From Escherichia coli (GTDB taxonomy: Bacteria > Pseudomonadota > Gammaproteobacteria > Enterobacterales > Enterobacteriaceae), in NCBI RefSeq assembly GCF_003334405.1, contig NZ_QOWM01000016.1: 64,000 nucleotides of DNA. One strand, given 5' to 3'. The notes under the pieces are model-generated. The model was not told where the DNA came from, did not search any database, and saw nothing but the letters and a program-made list of their open reading frames with translations. A program made the position numbers and the translations under genes. This document shows, one piece after another, positions 43,193 through 53,833 of the stretch (its first letter is position 1; every line of letters begins with the position of its first letter).

Positions 43193-43292
43193 TGCCGGAT
43201 GCGGAGTGAACGCCTTATCCGGCCTACAAAAGCACGCAAATTCAATATATTGCAGAGATTGCGTAGGCCTGATAAGCGTAGCGCATCAGGCA
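43193..43292. repeat. REP/BIME between yijF and gldA
   Basis: GCCGGATGCGGAGTGAACGCCTTATCCGGCCTAC and GTAGGCCTGATAAGCGTAGCGCATCAGGC, followed by hairpin AACTCCCGG-ACAA-GCCGGGAGTT (43303..43328); spurious ORF 43199..43948 starts inside. Confidence 0.85.
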
Positions 43293-43336
43293 ATTTTGCG
43301 TTCAAACTCCCGGACAAGCCGGGAGTTTGGAGTAGG

Positions 43337-44440
43337 TTATTCCCACTCTTGCAGGAAACGCTGACCGTACTGGTCGGCTACCAGCAGAGCGGCGTAAACC
43401 TGATCTGGCGTCGCGCCGCCAGGCATGTTGTGAATGGTTTCACCTTCTGCACATGCCGCTTCTGCCACAATTCGCATTTTCGCCGGGACATCTTCTTTAA
43501 TATCCAGTTGAGCGAGAGTTATTGGCAAACCTACCGCATGGCTAAGGGCAGCTACGGTTTCGATTTCCTCCACCGGCGCATTTTCCAGAACCAGCTGCGT
43601 CAGCGTACCGAATGCCACTTTTTCACCGTGATAATAGTGATGCGCGTCCGGGATAGCGGTCAGGCCGTTATGCACTGCGTGCGCCGCAGCCAGACCACCA
43701 CTTTCAAAACCAACACTGCTCAAATAGGTGTTCGCTTCAATCACGCGCTCCAGCGCCGGAGTCACTACATGCTGTTCGGCAGCAAGCATCGCTTTTTCGC
43801 CTTCTTCCAGCAGGGTGTTGTAGCACAGTTCAGCCAGTGCCAGCGCAGCCTGGGTGCACTTGCCGCCCGCCATGGTGGTCGCGCCGCTACGAGAGCAGGC
43901 ACGCGCTTCAAACCAGGTTGCCAGCGCATCGCCGATACCCGCCGCTAACAGACGTGCAGGTGCGCCAGCGACGATTTTGGTGTCGACAATGACCATATTC
44001 GGGTTATTTGGCAACAGCAGATAGCGGTCAAACTCACCCTCATCGGTGTAGATAACAGACAATGCGCTGCACGGTGCATCGGTAGAGGCGATAGTCGGTG
44101 CGATCGCTACCGGAACACCCATGAAATGTGCCAGTGCTTTGGCAGTATCGAGGGTTTTTCCGCCACCGATACCGAGAATTGCGCCACACTGCGCAGTCTC
44201 CGCGATGCCACGCAGACGGTCGATCTCATTTTGCGAACATTCACCGCCAAACGGCGCAATTTCTACTACCAGTCCAGCATCTTTAAAGCTTTTCTCGACA
44301 GTGGATTGAGCAAAACCTAAAACAAATTTGTCACCCACCACTAACCAGCGTTCTGCCAGCGGCTTCAGGTATTCGCCCAGACGATTAATCACATCAGCGC
44401 CCTGGATGTATTTACCCGGTGATTGAATAATGCGGTCCAT
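43337..44440 (-). CDS. gldA: glycerol dehydrogenase
   Basis: Track ORF 43337..44479 trimmed to [39 protein letters not shown] (367 aa). Confidence 0.93.
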   Translation of the reverse strand: MDRIIQSPGKYIQGADVINRLGEYLKPLAERWLVVGDKFVLGFAQSTVEKSFKDAGLVVEIAPFGGECSQNEIDRLRGIAETAQCGAILGIGGGKTLDTAKALAHFMGVPVAIAPTIASTDAPCSALSVIYTDEGEFDRYLLLPNNPNMVIVDTKIVAGAPARLLAAGIGDALATWFEARACSRSGATTMAGGKCTQAALALAELCYNTLLEEGEKAMLAAEQHVVTPALERVIEANTYLSSVGFESGGLAAAHAVHNGLTAIPDAHHYYHGEKVAFGTLTQLVLENAPVEEIETVAALSHAVGLPITLAQLDIKEDVPAKMRIVAEAACAEGETIHNMPGGATPDQVYAALLVADQYGQRFLQEWE

Positions 44441-44450
44441 AATTGCTCCT

Positions 44451-45113
44451 TTAGAGATGAGTAGTGCCAAATGCGGCATTCCAGTCGTGTTCGAACTTCT
44501 CTATAGCTGACTCTACCGCAGGGGTGTTGAGCATTTGTTGCGCTACATCTAAGGGCAGGGTGATGGATTCACATCCTGCCAGTAAACAGTCCAGCGCCTG
44601 ACGCGGCGTTTTAAAGCTGGCTGCCAGCACCATGCTTTCTGGCGCGTGCATTTCTAACAGCGTTTGCAGCTCCTGAACCGTACGAATGCCGTCTCCGCCC
44701 TGGGCATCTACGCGGTTAACATACGGAGCAACGTATTTTGCCCCTGCCAGTGCGGCTAATAACCCTTGTGCGGCGCTATATACAGCAGTGCCAAGTGTAG
44801 TAATACCCTCTTTTTTCAGTATTTTAATTGCTGCCAGACCTTCGGAAGTCACCGGGATTTTCACCACAATACCCGGAATAGCGTCGCGCAGGCGCTTCGC
44901 TTCTTCCACCATCCCCTGCGCGTCGCGGCTCATGGTCTGAGCAAACAGAATGCCCTCATCACCAATCGCTTTTTGCAGACGCGGCAGCACTTCCCATATG
45001 GACTCCTTGCTGGCAGCGATAATGCTCGGGTTAGTTGTCACCCCGGCAATGGGGAATATGCGTGCCAGACGTTCGACTTCTGCGACGTTAGCGGTGTCCA
45101 GATACAGTTCCAT
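44451..45113 (-). CDS. fsaB: fructose-6-phosphate aldolase 2
   Basis: 220-aa [46 protein letters not shown]...; transaldolase-like fold. Confidence 0.9.
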   Translation of the reverse strand: MELYLDTANVAEVERLARIFPIAGVTTNPSIIAASKESIWEVLPRLQKAIGDEGILFAQTMSRDAQGMVEEAKRLRDAIPGIVVKIPVTSEGLAAIKILKKEGITTLGTAVYSAAQGLLAALAGAKYVAPYVNRVDAQGGDGIRTVQELQTLLEMHAPESMVLAASFKTPRQALDCLLAGCESITLPLDVAQQMLNTPAVESAIEKFEHDWNAAFGTTHL

Positions 45114-45124
45114 GATGTTTCCTT

Positions 45125-47626
45125 TTACAGTTCCAGTTCATGTTGCAGCAGGCTGGCGATAGCGTCGGCAGAGGCGGCGTTAACCAGCGCGTTACGGAAT
45201 TCTTCGTGCATGATGCGGCGAGCGAGGCGCGAGAAAATGCGCATATGCTGATCGCCCGCAGCGTGTTTGTTCAGGGTTAACATAATGATGAATTGCGCTT
45301 CATCATCGCCCCAGCGCACCGGCGCTTGCAGACGCGCCACGCTGATGGTGGATTGCTCAATGTGTTCTGATTTGCTGTGTGGAATGGCAAAACTAAAGCC
45401 CAGACCGGTAGAGAAAACGGCCTCGCGCGCCCACAAGTCGGCTTCCAGTTTACGCGGATAGCGGCAGCGGCCCGCCAGCAGCAGGTTATCGGTCATGCCT
45501 TTGAGCACTTCTTCTTTGCTGCGCCAGTCGCTTTCCAGTGTGATGCACTCGGCGGTGACCAGCGGTGCGTCTTGTTGGGTCATGCGGAATTGCGCCAGCA
45601 GGTGTTCCACTTCCAGCGAAGTACGGCAGGCCATTGCCTGGTTGAGCAACTTGCGGCACTCACGGCTATCAAGTTGCGCCATCCGAGCTTTCGCCGCCGG
45701 AATTGATGGTGCGCTCATGCTGAGTTCATCCAGCCCTAAGCCGACCAGCAACGGCAGCACGGAACCTTTCGCTCCCAGCTCACCGCACAGACCAATCCAT
45801 TTGCCCTGGCGATGCACCGCTTGCACGGCGTAATCGAGCGCCCGCAAGAATGCCGGATTCAGGCTGTTGTAGTGACGAGTAACCTTAGCGTTATCGCGAT
45901 CCACCGCCAGCAGATACTGCGTCAGGTCATTACTACCAATACTAAAGAAATCAATCTCTTCGCAGCATTGATCGATGATGAACATCACCGACGGCACTTC
46001 CAGCATGATGCCGAGCTGGATTTTCTCATCAAACGGAATGTGTTCGTTACGTAGTTGCTGTTTGGCTTCCGCCAGTTTTTCTTTCACCCATAAGATCTCT
46101 TCCATTGAGGAGATCATCGGGATCATGATTTTCAGGCTGCCGTGAGCGGAGGCGCGGAGGATCGACCGTAGCTGCGTGGTAAACAACGACGCGTACTCTT
46201 CATAAATACGCACGGCGCGATAACCGAGGAACGGGTTTGCCTCTGCGGGAATGTTCAGATAATCAACGGGTTTGTCGCCGCCAATGTCCATAGTGCGCAC
46301 AATAATGCTGCGTCCGTTGGCGGATTCCAGCGCCTGACAAAAAATGTTGTACAACTCGCTTTCGCCCGGTGCGCTGGTGCGATCCATATAGAGCATTTCA
46401 GTGCGGAACAAACCAACGCCTTCCGCACCATTGCCGAATGCGGCCTGCGCTTCCACGGAGTGAGCGATGTTAGCGGCAATTTCAATGCGGATACCGTCAG
46501 CGGTACGGGCTTGTTGGGTCAGCCAGACACGCTGTTGCTCACGCAGGGCGTCCTGTACGCGGGCTTCTTGCTGATAATAACGAGCTACGGCTTCCCCTGG
46601 CTCAACCACAATCGCCCCGGCGTTGCCGTCGATATAAATCGTTTGTTGCTGCCACGGAGTAAGGGCATCAATATCCACACCAACCAGCGTTGGAATGTTG
46701 AACGAACGGGCAAGGATCACCGTATGTGAGGTGGTGCCGCCGCTTTTGAGCAACAATCCTTTGAGGTGATTTTTATCCAGTTCGAGGAACTGGCTGGGGG
46801 TCAGTTCATCAGCCATACAAATGGCGGGCTGCGTCAGTTTGCCCGGTGCCGGGAAGCGTTGCTCACCGTAGATTTGCTGGAGTAACTGGAAGCAGACGTC
46901 GCGTACGTCCAGGGCACGTTCTTGCAGGTAGCTGCTGCTGGAACGGGAAAACTCTTCGCAAAAGTGATTCGCGCTGGCAACAATTGCTTCGGCGCAGCTT
47001 AATCCGGCGCTGACGCCTGCCAGTAAATGTTCGCGCAGGGAAGTATCGCCAGCCAGGGATCGGTGAGCTTCCAGAATCGCGCTGGTAGCACCGTCGCTAT
47101 CCAGCAGACGAAACTCAATGTTTTTCAGTACCAGCGTCAGGCCGTTTTCCAGTGCGGATTGCTCGGCGTCAACGCCTTTGGCTGCGGGAAGATTACCCAG
47201 CGCATTGAGATCTAAAGAAGAGATCGGCGTCAGAATGCCGCCTGCACTACCGCTGCACACGGTGCGGGCGCGGATAATTTGCGGATTCAGATTGGTCAGT
47301 GAAACCGGCAGTGGTTCCAGTTCGTCAGATTTAACTTCCGCCAGCGGCGCATCGCAGTGGGGGAATTCATCGCGCAGCCATTGGCTTAAACGCTGGTGCG
47401 CTTCCTGTTCGTCGGCCCCGGAAATCAGTAACTGGCAGTTATCGCCCGCCAGCGTATCGGTGCCAATCAGCGCAAGGGCGCTTTTGGCGTTGCCCTTGCG
47501 GTCAGTGCGCAGGTTATGCCACTCAATTTGTGATGAAAAAGTATTACACAGCGTTTCAACGTGGCTTGCCGGACGCGCATGTACGCCGTTAGGTAGCTCA
47601 CAAATAAATTCCACAATCAGGGCCAT
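45125..47626 (-). CDS. ptsA: multiphosphoryl transfer protein (fused PTS domains: IIA-like, HPr-like, enzyme I-like)
   Basis: 833-aa [31 protein letters not shown]... (HPr-like N-terminus with the phospho-His context GVHARPA) followed by a PEP-utilising enzyme I-like region. Confidence 0.9.
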
Positions 47627-47934
47627 TGCCTCTCTCCCGGTACGGTTTTCTGTTTACAGGATAAGAGCGCACGGCAACGGCCTGCCATGTGACAAATCTG
47701 CCAAAAGCTGGACAAATGTAATGTAACCGTCAATTTGCGACGCGTCTCACAAGACGCTGTTTTGCGGCATGCTTCCGGTTTATCGCAAGTTATGAGGCGG
47801 ATCGCATTTTTGTACTGATATTACAAAAGTCCAGTAAATGGCCTTTTTATCCACTGTTTGCTCCGCCTGCGATTGCCTATTGTTTCCTCCATCAAAAATA
47901 TGGACATGGGCTTTCGCAAGCCCGGGAGCAGCTT

Positions 47935-49014
47935 ATGAATGAGTTGGTGCAGATCCTGAAAAATACCCGTCAGCATTTAATGACGGGCGTTTCACACATG
48001 ATTCCCTTCGTGGTATCGGGCGGTATTTTGCTGGCGGTTTCCGTCATGTTGTATGGCAAAGGCGCAGTGCCGGATGCCGTAGCCGATCCAAATCTGAAAA
48101 AACTGTTTGATATCGGCGTTGCGGGCTTGACGCTGATGGTGCCTTTCCTCGCAGCGTACATCGGTTATTCCATTGCAGAGCGTTCTGCGCTGGCTCCGTG
48201 CGCTATCGGTGCCTGGGTTGGTAACAGCTTTGGTGCGGGCTTCTTTGGTGCACTGATCGCCGGGATTATCGGCGGCATCGTGGTGCATTACCTGAAGAAA
48301 ATTCCGGTGCATAAAGTTCTGCGCTCGGTGATGCCTATCTTCATTATTCCTATCGTCGGCACACTGATTACCGCAGGCATCATGATGTGGGGCTTGGGCG
48401 AGCCTGTAGGGGCGTTGACCAACAGCCTGACTCAGTGGCTTCAGGGGATGCAGCAGGGCAGCATTGTTATGCTGGCGGTGATCATGGGTCTGATGCTGGC
48501 GTTCGATATGGGCGGTCCGGTTAACAAAGTGGCCTATGCCTTCATGCTGATTTGCGTTGCTCAGGGTGTTTATACCGTGGTGGCCATCGCTGCCGTGGGT
48601 ATTTGTATCCCGCCGCTGGGGATGGGGCTGGCGACGCTGATTGGTCGTAAAAATTTCTCCGCAGAAGAGCGCGAAACCGGCAAAGCGGCACTGGTGATGG
48701 GCTGTGTTGGCGTTACTGAAGGGGCGATTCCTTTCGCCGCTGCCGATCCGCTGCGTGTCATTCCTTCCATCATGGTCGGTTCAGTTTGTGGTGCAGTAAC
48801 TGCGGCGCTGGTCGGTGCGCAGTGCTATGCAGGCTGGGGTGGTCTGATTGTGCTGCCGGTGGTTGAAGGCAAGCTGGGTTATATCGCAGCAGTGGCTGTC
48901 GGAGCAGTGGTGACGGCTGTTTGTGTGAACGTGCTGAAAAGTCTGGCGCGTAAAAATGGGTCTTCGACTGATGAAAAAGAAGACGACCTGGATTTGGATT
49001 TTGAAATTAATTAA
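47935..49014 (+). CDS. frwC: fructose-like PTS permease IIC component
   Basis: 359-aa polytopic membrane ORF, MNELVQILKNTRQHLMTGVSHMIPFVVSGGILLAVSVMLYG... Confidence 0.88.
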   Translation: MNELVQILKNTRQHLMTGVSHMIPFVVSGGILLAVSVMLYGKGAVPDAVADPNLKKLFDIGVAGLTLMVPFLAAYIGYSIAERSALAPCAIGAWVGNSFGAGFFGALIAGIIGGIVVHYLKKIPVHKVLRSVMPIFIIPIVGTLITAGIMMWGLGEPVGALTNSLTQWLQGMQQGSIVMLAVIMGLMLAFDMGGPVNKVAYAFMLICVAQGVYTVVAIAAVGICIPPLGMGLATLIGRKNFSAEERETGKAALVMGCVGVTEGAIPFAAADPLRVIPSIMVGSVCGAVTAALVGAQCYAGWGGLIVLPVVEGKLGYIAAVAVGAVVTAVCVNVLKSLARKNGSSTDEKEDDLDLDFEIN

Positions 49015-49028
49015 TTGAGGAACGAGCC

Positions 49029-49349
49029 ATGACGAAAATTATTGCAGTAACCGCATGTCCTTCAGGTGTTGCCCATACCTATATGGCAGCAGAGGCGCTG
49101 GAAAGTGCCGCGAAAGCGAAAGGCTGGGAAGTGAAAGTAGAAACCCAGGGGTCAATTGGTCTGGAAAATGAACTGACTGCGGAAGATGTGGCGAGCGCTG
49201 ATATGGTGATTCTGACCAAAGATATCGGCATCAAGTTTGAAGAGCGTTTTGCTGGCAAGACCATCGTGCGCGTCAACATCAGCGATGCAGTAAAACGTGC
49301 TGACGCCATTATGAGCAAAATTGAAGCTCACCTGGCGCAAACCGCTTAA
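49029..49349 (+). CDS. frwB: fructose-like PTS IIB component
   Basis: 106-aa ORF, MTKIIAVTACPSGVAHTYMAAEALESAAKAKGWEVKVETQG...; phospho-Cys context TACPSG. Confidence 0.88.
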   Translation: MTKIIAVTACPSGVAHTYMAAEALESAAKAKGWEVKVETQGSIGLENELTAEDVASADMVILTKDIGIKFEERFAGKTIVRVNISDAVKRADAIMSKIEAHLAQTA

Positions 49350-49399
49350 GTTCTTCTCCCGCTCGCAAGGGCGGGTTCGCTTTCCCACAGGAGTTCCTC

Positions 49400-51697
49400 A
49401 TGACGAATCGTATCTCTCGCCTCAAAACTGCACTGTTTGCCAATACCCGTGAAATCTCGCTGGAGCGGGCGCTGCTTTATACCGCCAGCCATCGGCAAAC
49501 CGAAGGCGAACCGGTGATATTGCGCCGGGCGAAAGCAACAGCGTATATCCTTGAACATGTTGAAATTTCGATTCGTGATGAAGAACTGATTGCCGGTAAC
49601 CGCACCGTAAAACCGCGCGCCGGGATTATGTCGCCGGAAATGGACCCTTACTGGCTGCTGAAAGAGCTGGATCAATTCCCGACGCGTCCGCAGGACCGCT
49701 TTGCTATCAGCGAAGAAGATAAACGTATCTACCGTGAAGAGTTGTTCCCGTACTGGGAAAAACGTTCGATGAAAGATTTCATCAACGGGCAGATGACAGA
49801 TGAAGTAAAAGCCGCGACCAACACGCAGATTTTCAGCATCAACCAGACGGATAAAGGCCAGGGGCACATTATTATTGATTACCCACGCCTGTTGAATCAC
49901 GGGCTGGGTGAGCTGGTGGCACAGATGCAGCAACATTGTCAGCAACAGCCGGAGAATCACTTTTATCAGGCCGCGTTGTTACTGCTGGAAGCCTCGCAGA
50001 AACACATTTTGCGTTACGCCGAACTGGCGGAAACGATGGCGGCAAACTGCACAGATGCCCAGCGTCGCGAAGAGCTGCTGACTATTGCAGAGATCTCCCG
50101 CCATAACGCGCAACATAAGCCGCAGACGTTCTGGCAGGCGTGCCAGTTATTCTGGTACATGAACATCATTCTGCAATACGAATCCAACGCCAGTTCGCTA
50201 TCGTTGGGGCGCTTCGACCAGTATATGTTGCCGTTCTATCAGACATCATTAACCCAGGGCGAAGATGCGGCGTTCCTGAAAGAACTGCTCGAATCTTTAT
50301 GGGTGAAATGCAACGACATCGTGCTGTTGCGCTCCACCAGTAGCGCGCGTTATTTCGCCGGTTTCCCGACCGGCTATACCGCACTGCTCGGCGGGTTAAC
50401 CGAGAACGGACGTAGCGCGGTGAACGTGCTTTCGTTCCTTTGCCTTGACGCCTATCAAAGCGTGCAATTACCGCAACCGAACCTCGGCGTGCGCACTAAC
50501 GCCTTGATCGACACGCCGTTCCTGATGAAAACCGCCGAAACCATTCGCTTCGGCACCGGTATTCCGCAAATCTTTAACGATGAAGTGGTGGTGCCAGCGT
50601 TCCTCAACCGTGGCGTTTCGCTGGAAGATGCGCGCGACTATTCCGTAGTGGGCTGTGTGGAATTATCTATTCCCGGCAGAACCTACGGCTTGCATGACAT
50701 CGCGATGTTTAATCTGCTGAAAGTGATGGAAATCTGCCTGCATGAAAATGAAGGCAATGCTGCGCTGACTTATGAAGGTTTACTGGAGCAGATCCGCGCC
50801 AAGATCAGCCACTACATCACCCTGATGGTTGAGGGCAGCAATATTTGTGATATCGGCCATCGCGACTGGGCACCTGTACCGCTGCTCTCATCGTTTATCA
50901 GCGATTGTCTGGAAAAAGGCCGCGATATTACCGATGGCGGCGCGCGTTATAACTTCTCCGGCGTACAGGGGATCGGTATCGCCAACCTGAGCGATTCTCT
51001 CCATGCGTTGAAAGGGATGGTTTTTGAGCAACAGCGTTTAAGTTTTGACGAATTGCTGTCGGTATTAAAAGCCAACTTCGCAACGCCAGAAGGCGAAAAA
51101 GTCCGCGCTCGCTTAATTAACCGCTTCGAGAAATACGGTAACGATATCGACGAGGTGGATAACATCAGCGCCGAACTGTTGCGCCACTACTGCAAAGAAG
51201 TGGAAAAATACCAGAACCCGCGCGGCGGCTACTTCACGCCGGGATCGTATACCGTTTCTGCTCACGTCCCGTTGGGATCGGTGGTTGGCGCGACGCCAGA
51301 CGGTCGTTTTGCCGGAGAACAGCTGGCAGACGGCGGCTTGTCACCCATGCTGGGCCAGGACGCACAAGGGCCAACAGCGGTACTGAAGTCAGTCAGTAAG
51401 CTCGATAACACGCTGCTGTCTAACGGTACGTTGCTGAACGTGAAATTCACTCCGGCGACCCTGGAAGGTGAAGCAGGATTACGCAAACTGGCCGACTTCT
51501 TACGGGCGTTTACCCAGCTTAAGTTACAACATATTCAGTTTAACGTGGTGAACGCCGACACGTTGCGGGAAGCGCAACAGCGCCCACAAGATTATGCCGG
51601 GCTGGTGGTGCGCGTTGCCGGATACAGCGCCTTCTTTGTCGAACTGTCGAAGGAGATCCAGGATGACATCATCCGCCGGACAGCGCATCAGCTGTAA
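49400..51697 (+). CDS. pflD: glycyl-radical enzyme, PFL family (annotated formate acetyltransferase 2)
   Basis: 765-aa ORF; C-terminal glycyl-radical motif RVAGYSA (Gly codon at 51620..51622); active-site loop VGCVE (Cys codon 50654..50656, Glu 50660..50662). Confidence 0.9.
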   Translation: MTNRISRLKTALFANTREISLERALLYTASHRQTEGEPVILRRAKATAYILEHVEISIRDEELIAGNRTVKPRAGIMSPEMDPYWLLKELDQFPTRPQDRFAISEEDKRIYREELFPYWEKRSMKDFINGQMTDEVKAATNTQIFSINQTDKGQGHIIIDYPRLLNHGLGELVAQMQQHCQQQPENHFYQAALLLLEASQKHILRYAELAETMAANCTDAQRREELLTIAEISRHNAQHKPQTFWQACQLFWYMNIILQYESNASSLSLGRFDQYMLPFYQTSLTQGEDAAFLKELLESLWVKCNDIVLLRSTSSARYFAGFPTGYTALLGGLTENGRSAVNVLSFLCLDAYQSVQLPQPNLGVRTNALIDTPFLMKTAETIRFGTGIPQIFNDEVVVPAFLNRGVSLEDARDYSVVGCVELSIPGRTYGLHDIAMFNLLKVMEICLHENEGNAALTYEGLLEQIRAKISHYITLMVEGSNICDIGHRDWAPVPLLSSFISDCLEKGRDITDGGARYNFSGVQGIGIANLSDSLHALKGMVFEQQRLSFDELLSVLKANFATPEGEKVRARLINRFEKYGNDIDEVDNISAELLRHYCKEVEKYQNPRGGYFTPGSYTVSAHVPLGSVVGATPDGRFAGEQLADGGLSPMLGQDAQGPTAVLKSVSKLDNTLLSNGTLLNVKFTPATLEGEAGLRKLADFLRAFTQLKLQHIQFNVVNADTLREAQQRPQDYAGLVVRVAGYSAFFVELSKEIQDDIIRRTAHQL

Positions 51698-52541
51698 CGT
51701 TGTGGAAACGCGCCGCGATGATGTGGCGCGCATTTTCAACATTCAGCGTTATTCACTGAATGACGGCGAGGGCATTCGTACGGTGGTCTTTTTTAAAGGC
51801 TGTCCGCATCTTTGCCCGTGGTGTGCTAATCCGGAGTCGATCTCCGGCAAAATCCAGACGGTACGCAGAGAGGCGAAATGTCTGCACTGTGCGAAATGTT
51901 TGCGTGATGCGGATGAATGCCCCTCCGGGGCGTTTGAACGGATTGGTCGCGATATCAGCCTTGACGCTCTGGAACGGGAAGTGATGAAAGATGACATTTT
52001 CTTTCGCACGTCCGGCGGCGGCGTCACGCTTTCTGGCGGCGAAGTGTTAATGCAGGCGGAGTTTGCTACCCGTTTTTTACAGCGACTGCGGCTGTGGGGT
52101 GTGTCATGCGCCATTGAAACTGCCGGAGACGCACCAGCCAGCAAGCTATTACCGCTGGCGAAATTGTGCGATGAAGTGTTGTTCGATTTAAAAATTATGG
52201 ACGCGACTCAGGCGCGGGATGTGGTGAAGATGAACCTGCCACGCGTGCTGGAGAATCTGCGTTTGCTGGTGAGTGAGGGCGTCAACGTGATCCCGCGTTT
52301 ACCGCTGATCCCTGGTTTCACGCTCAGCCGGGAGAATATGCAGCAGGCGCTGGATGTACTGATCCCGCTGAATATCAGGCAGATCCATCTGTTACCGTTT
52401 CATCAGTACGGCGAACCGAAATACCGCCTGCTGGGGAAAACATGGTCGATGAAAGAGGTGCCTGCGCCGTCGTCAGCTGATGTGGCAACGATGCGCGAAA
52501 TGGCAGAACGGGCCGGACTTCAGGTTACCGTGGGAGGTTAA
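51663..52541 (+). CDS. pflC: glycyl-radical enzyme activating enzyme (radical SAM)
   Basis: Track ORF 51594..52541 trimmed to MTSSAGQRISCNVVETRRDDVARIF (292 aa); radical-SAM cluster motif CPHLCPWC plus a second Cys-rich stretch CLHCAKCLRDADECP; 35-bp overlap with pflD. Confidence 0.88.
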   Translation: MTSSAGQRISCNVVETRRDDVARIFNIQRYSLNDGEGIRTVVFFKGCPHLCPWCANPESISGKIQTVRREAKCLHCAKCLRDADECPSGAFERIGRDISLDALEREVMKDDIFFRTSGGGVTLSGGEVLMQAEFATRFLQRLRLWGVSCAIETAGDAPASKLLPLAKLCDEVLFDLKIMDATQARDVVKMNLPRVLENLRLLVSEGVNVIPRLPLIPGFTLSRENMQQALDVLIPLNIRQIHLLPFHQYGEPKYRLLGKTWSMKEVPAPSSADVATMREMAERAGLQVTVGG

Positions 52542-52542
52542 A

Positions 52543-52884
52543 ATGGCATACCTGGTGGCAGTAACCGCCTGCGTAAGCGGCGTGGCGCATACTTATATGG
52601 CGGCGGAACGGCTGGAAAAGTTGTGCCTGTTAGAGAAGTGGGGAGTCAGCATTGAAACTCAGGGCGCGCTGGGAACGGAGAATCGTTTAGCGGATGAGGA
52701 TATCCGCCGGGCGGATGTTGCTCTGTTGATTACGGATATCGAGCTTGCCGGTGCCGAGCGATTTGAACATTGCCGCTATGTGCAATGCAGCATCTACGCA
52801 TTCCTGCGTGAGCCGCAGCGGGTAATGAGCGCGGTGCGCAAAGTGCTTTCTGCGCCGCAGCAAACCCATCTTATTCTGGAGTAG
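52543..52884 (+). CDS. frwD: fructose-like PTS IIB-type component
   Basis: Track ORF 52480..52884 trimmed to MAYLVAVTACVSGVAHTYMAAERLEKL (113 aa); paralogous to frwB (same TAC.SGVAHTYMAAE motif). Confidence 0.85.
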   Translation: MAYLVAVTACVSGVAHTYMAAERLEKLCLLEKWGVSIETQGALGTENRLADEDIRRADVALLITDIELAGAERFEHCRYVQCSIYAFLREPQRVMSAVRKVLSAPQQTHLILE

Positions 52885-53722
52885 TCGGTTTTTCTGTCAG
52901 TTGGCTGTGGTACTGCCGGCGATATTCCGACGGCGAGCGTTCGGTGTTTTTACGAAACAGACGGCAGAAGTAGTTGCTGTCGACAAAGCCGCAGGCGTGC
53001 GCCACTTCTTTTACCTTCAGGTCATAGCCTTTCAATAACGTCTTAGCGTGCTCCAGTCGCGTGTGATTCAGGTATTCGTTAAAACCAATGGCCCCCGTTT
53101 TTTGAAACAGGTGCGAGAGGTAATTTGGCGAAATATAAAACGCCTGTGCAACAGATTCGCGGGTAAGCGCGGAGGCATAGCGTTCGTCGATATAATCGCG
53201 AATAGCTTCAAATAGTGCCTGGCTGCGTGAGGCGGTCTGGATTTGGCTGCCAAGCAAATCGCGGCAGTGGCTAAGCAGGCTGGCGACGATAAGCCTTGCC
53301 GTTTGCTGCTCCTGCGGCTGCATTTGCATTTCATTGAGCGTTTGTAGCAGAAAAGAACCTATGCGTGGGCCGCGTCGGGCGACGTGTTGCTTCGCCAGAT
53401 TTTGATATTGTTTGCCATCCCATTGCACGACGCTGAAGCCGAGTTGCTGTTTGCCAAACAGCACGCTAAAGGTAGTAGCGGGGGCTTGCCATTGTGGAAA
53501 ATTCCAGCCACCAGCAGGAACGTACAGCACATCGCCGGGAACTAACGTTGCTCCAGCGCCGGTATCAACAAACTCACCTTCCAGCACAATTTCCAGCCGT
53601 GGAAAATCGACCTGATACGCAAGATCGGGCACCGGGCCGTTACTGCTGGCAAAGTAAATCTGGCGCAGGGACAGCGGGCCGTTGATCAGGCGGGAGAGCA
53701 GATAGCTGACGTCGTGATACAT
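52871..53722 (-). CDS. yijO: AraC-family transcriptional regulator
   Basis: 283-aa ORF; C-terminal AraC-type HTH (…NEYLNHTRLEHAKTLLKGYDLKVKEVAHACGFVDSNYFCRLFRKNTERSPSEYRRQ). Confidence 0.85.
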   Translation of the reverse strand: MYHDVSYLLSRLINGPLSLRQIYFASSNGPVPDLAYQVDFPRLEIVLEGEFVDTGAGATLVPGDVLYVPAGGWNFPQWQAPATTFSVLFGKQQLGFSVVQWDGKQYQNLAKQHVARRGPRIGSFLLQTLNEMQMQPQEQQTARLIVASLLSHCRDLLGSQIQTASRSQALFEAIRDYIDERYASALTRESVAQAFYISPNYLSHLFQKTGAIGFNEYLNHTRLEHAKTLLKGYDLKVKEVAHACGFVDSNYFCRLFRKNTERSPSEYRRQYHSQLTEKPTTPE

Positions 53723-53769
53723 GTTATTCCCTTAGGTATGTAGACGGGAAAACAGTAACTGGCATTATT

Positions 53770-53798
53770 AAAAAAGGCCACCTGAAAAGTGTGGCCTG
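53770..53798 (-). terminator. Intrinsic terminator downstream of eptC
   Basis: Minus-strand hairpin GGCCAC-ACTTTTCAG-GTGGCC followed by TTTTTT. Confidence 0.7.
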
Positions 53799-53833
53799 AG
53801 GGGAGTTCGATGTAAACATTGCGGCAGTTGTAT

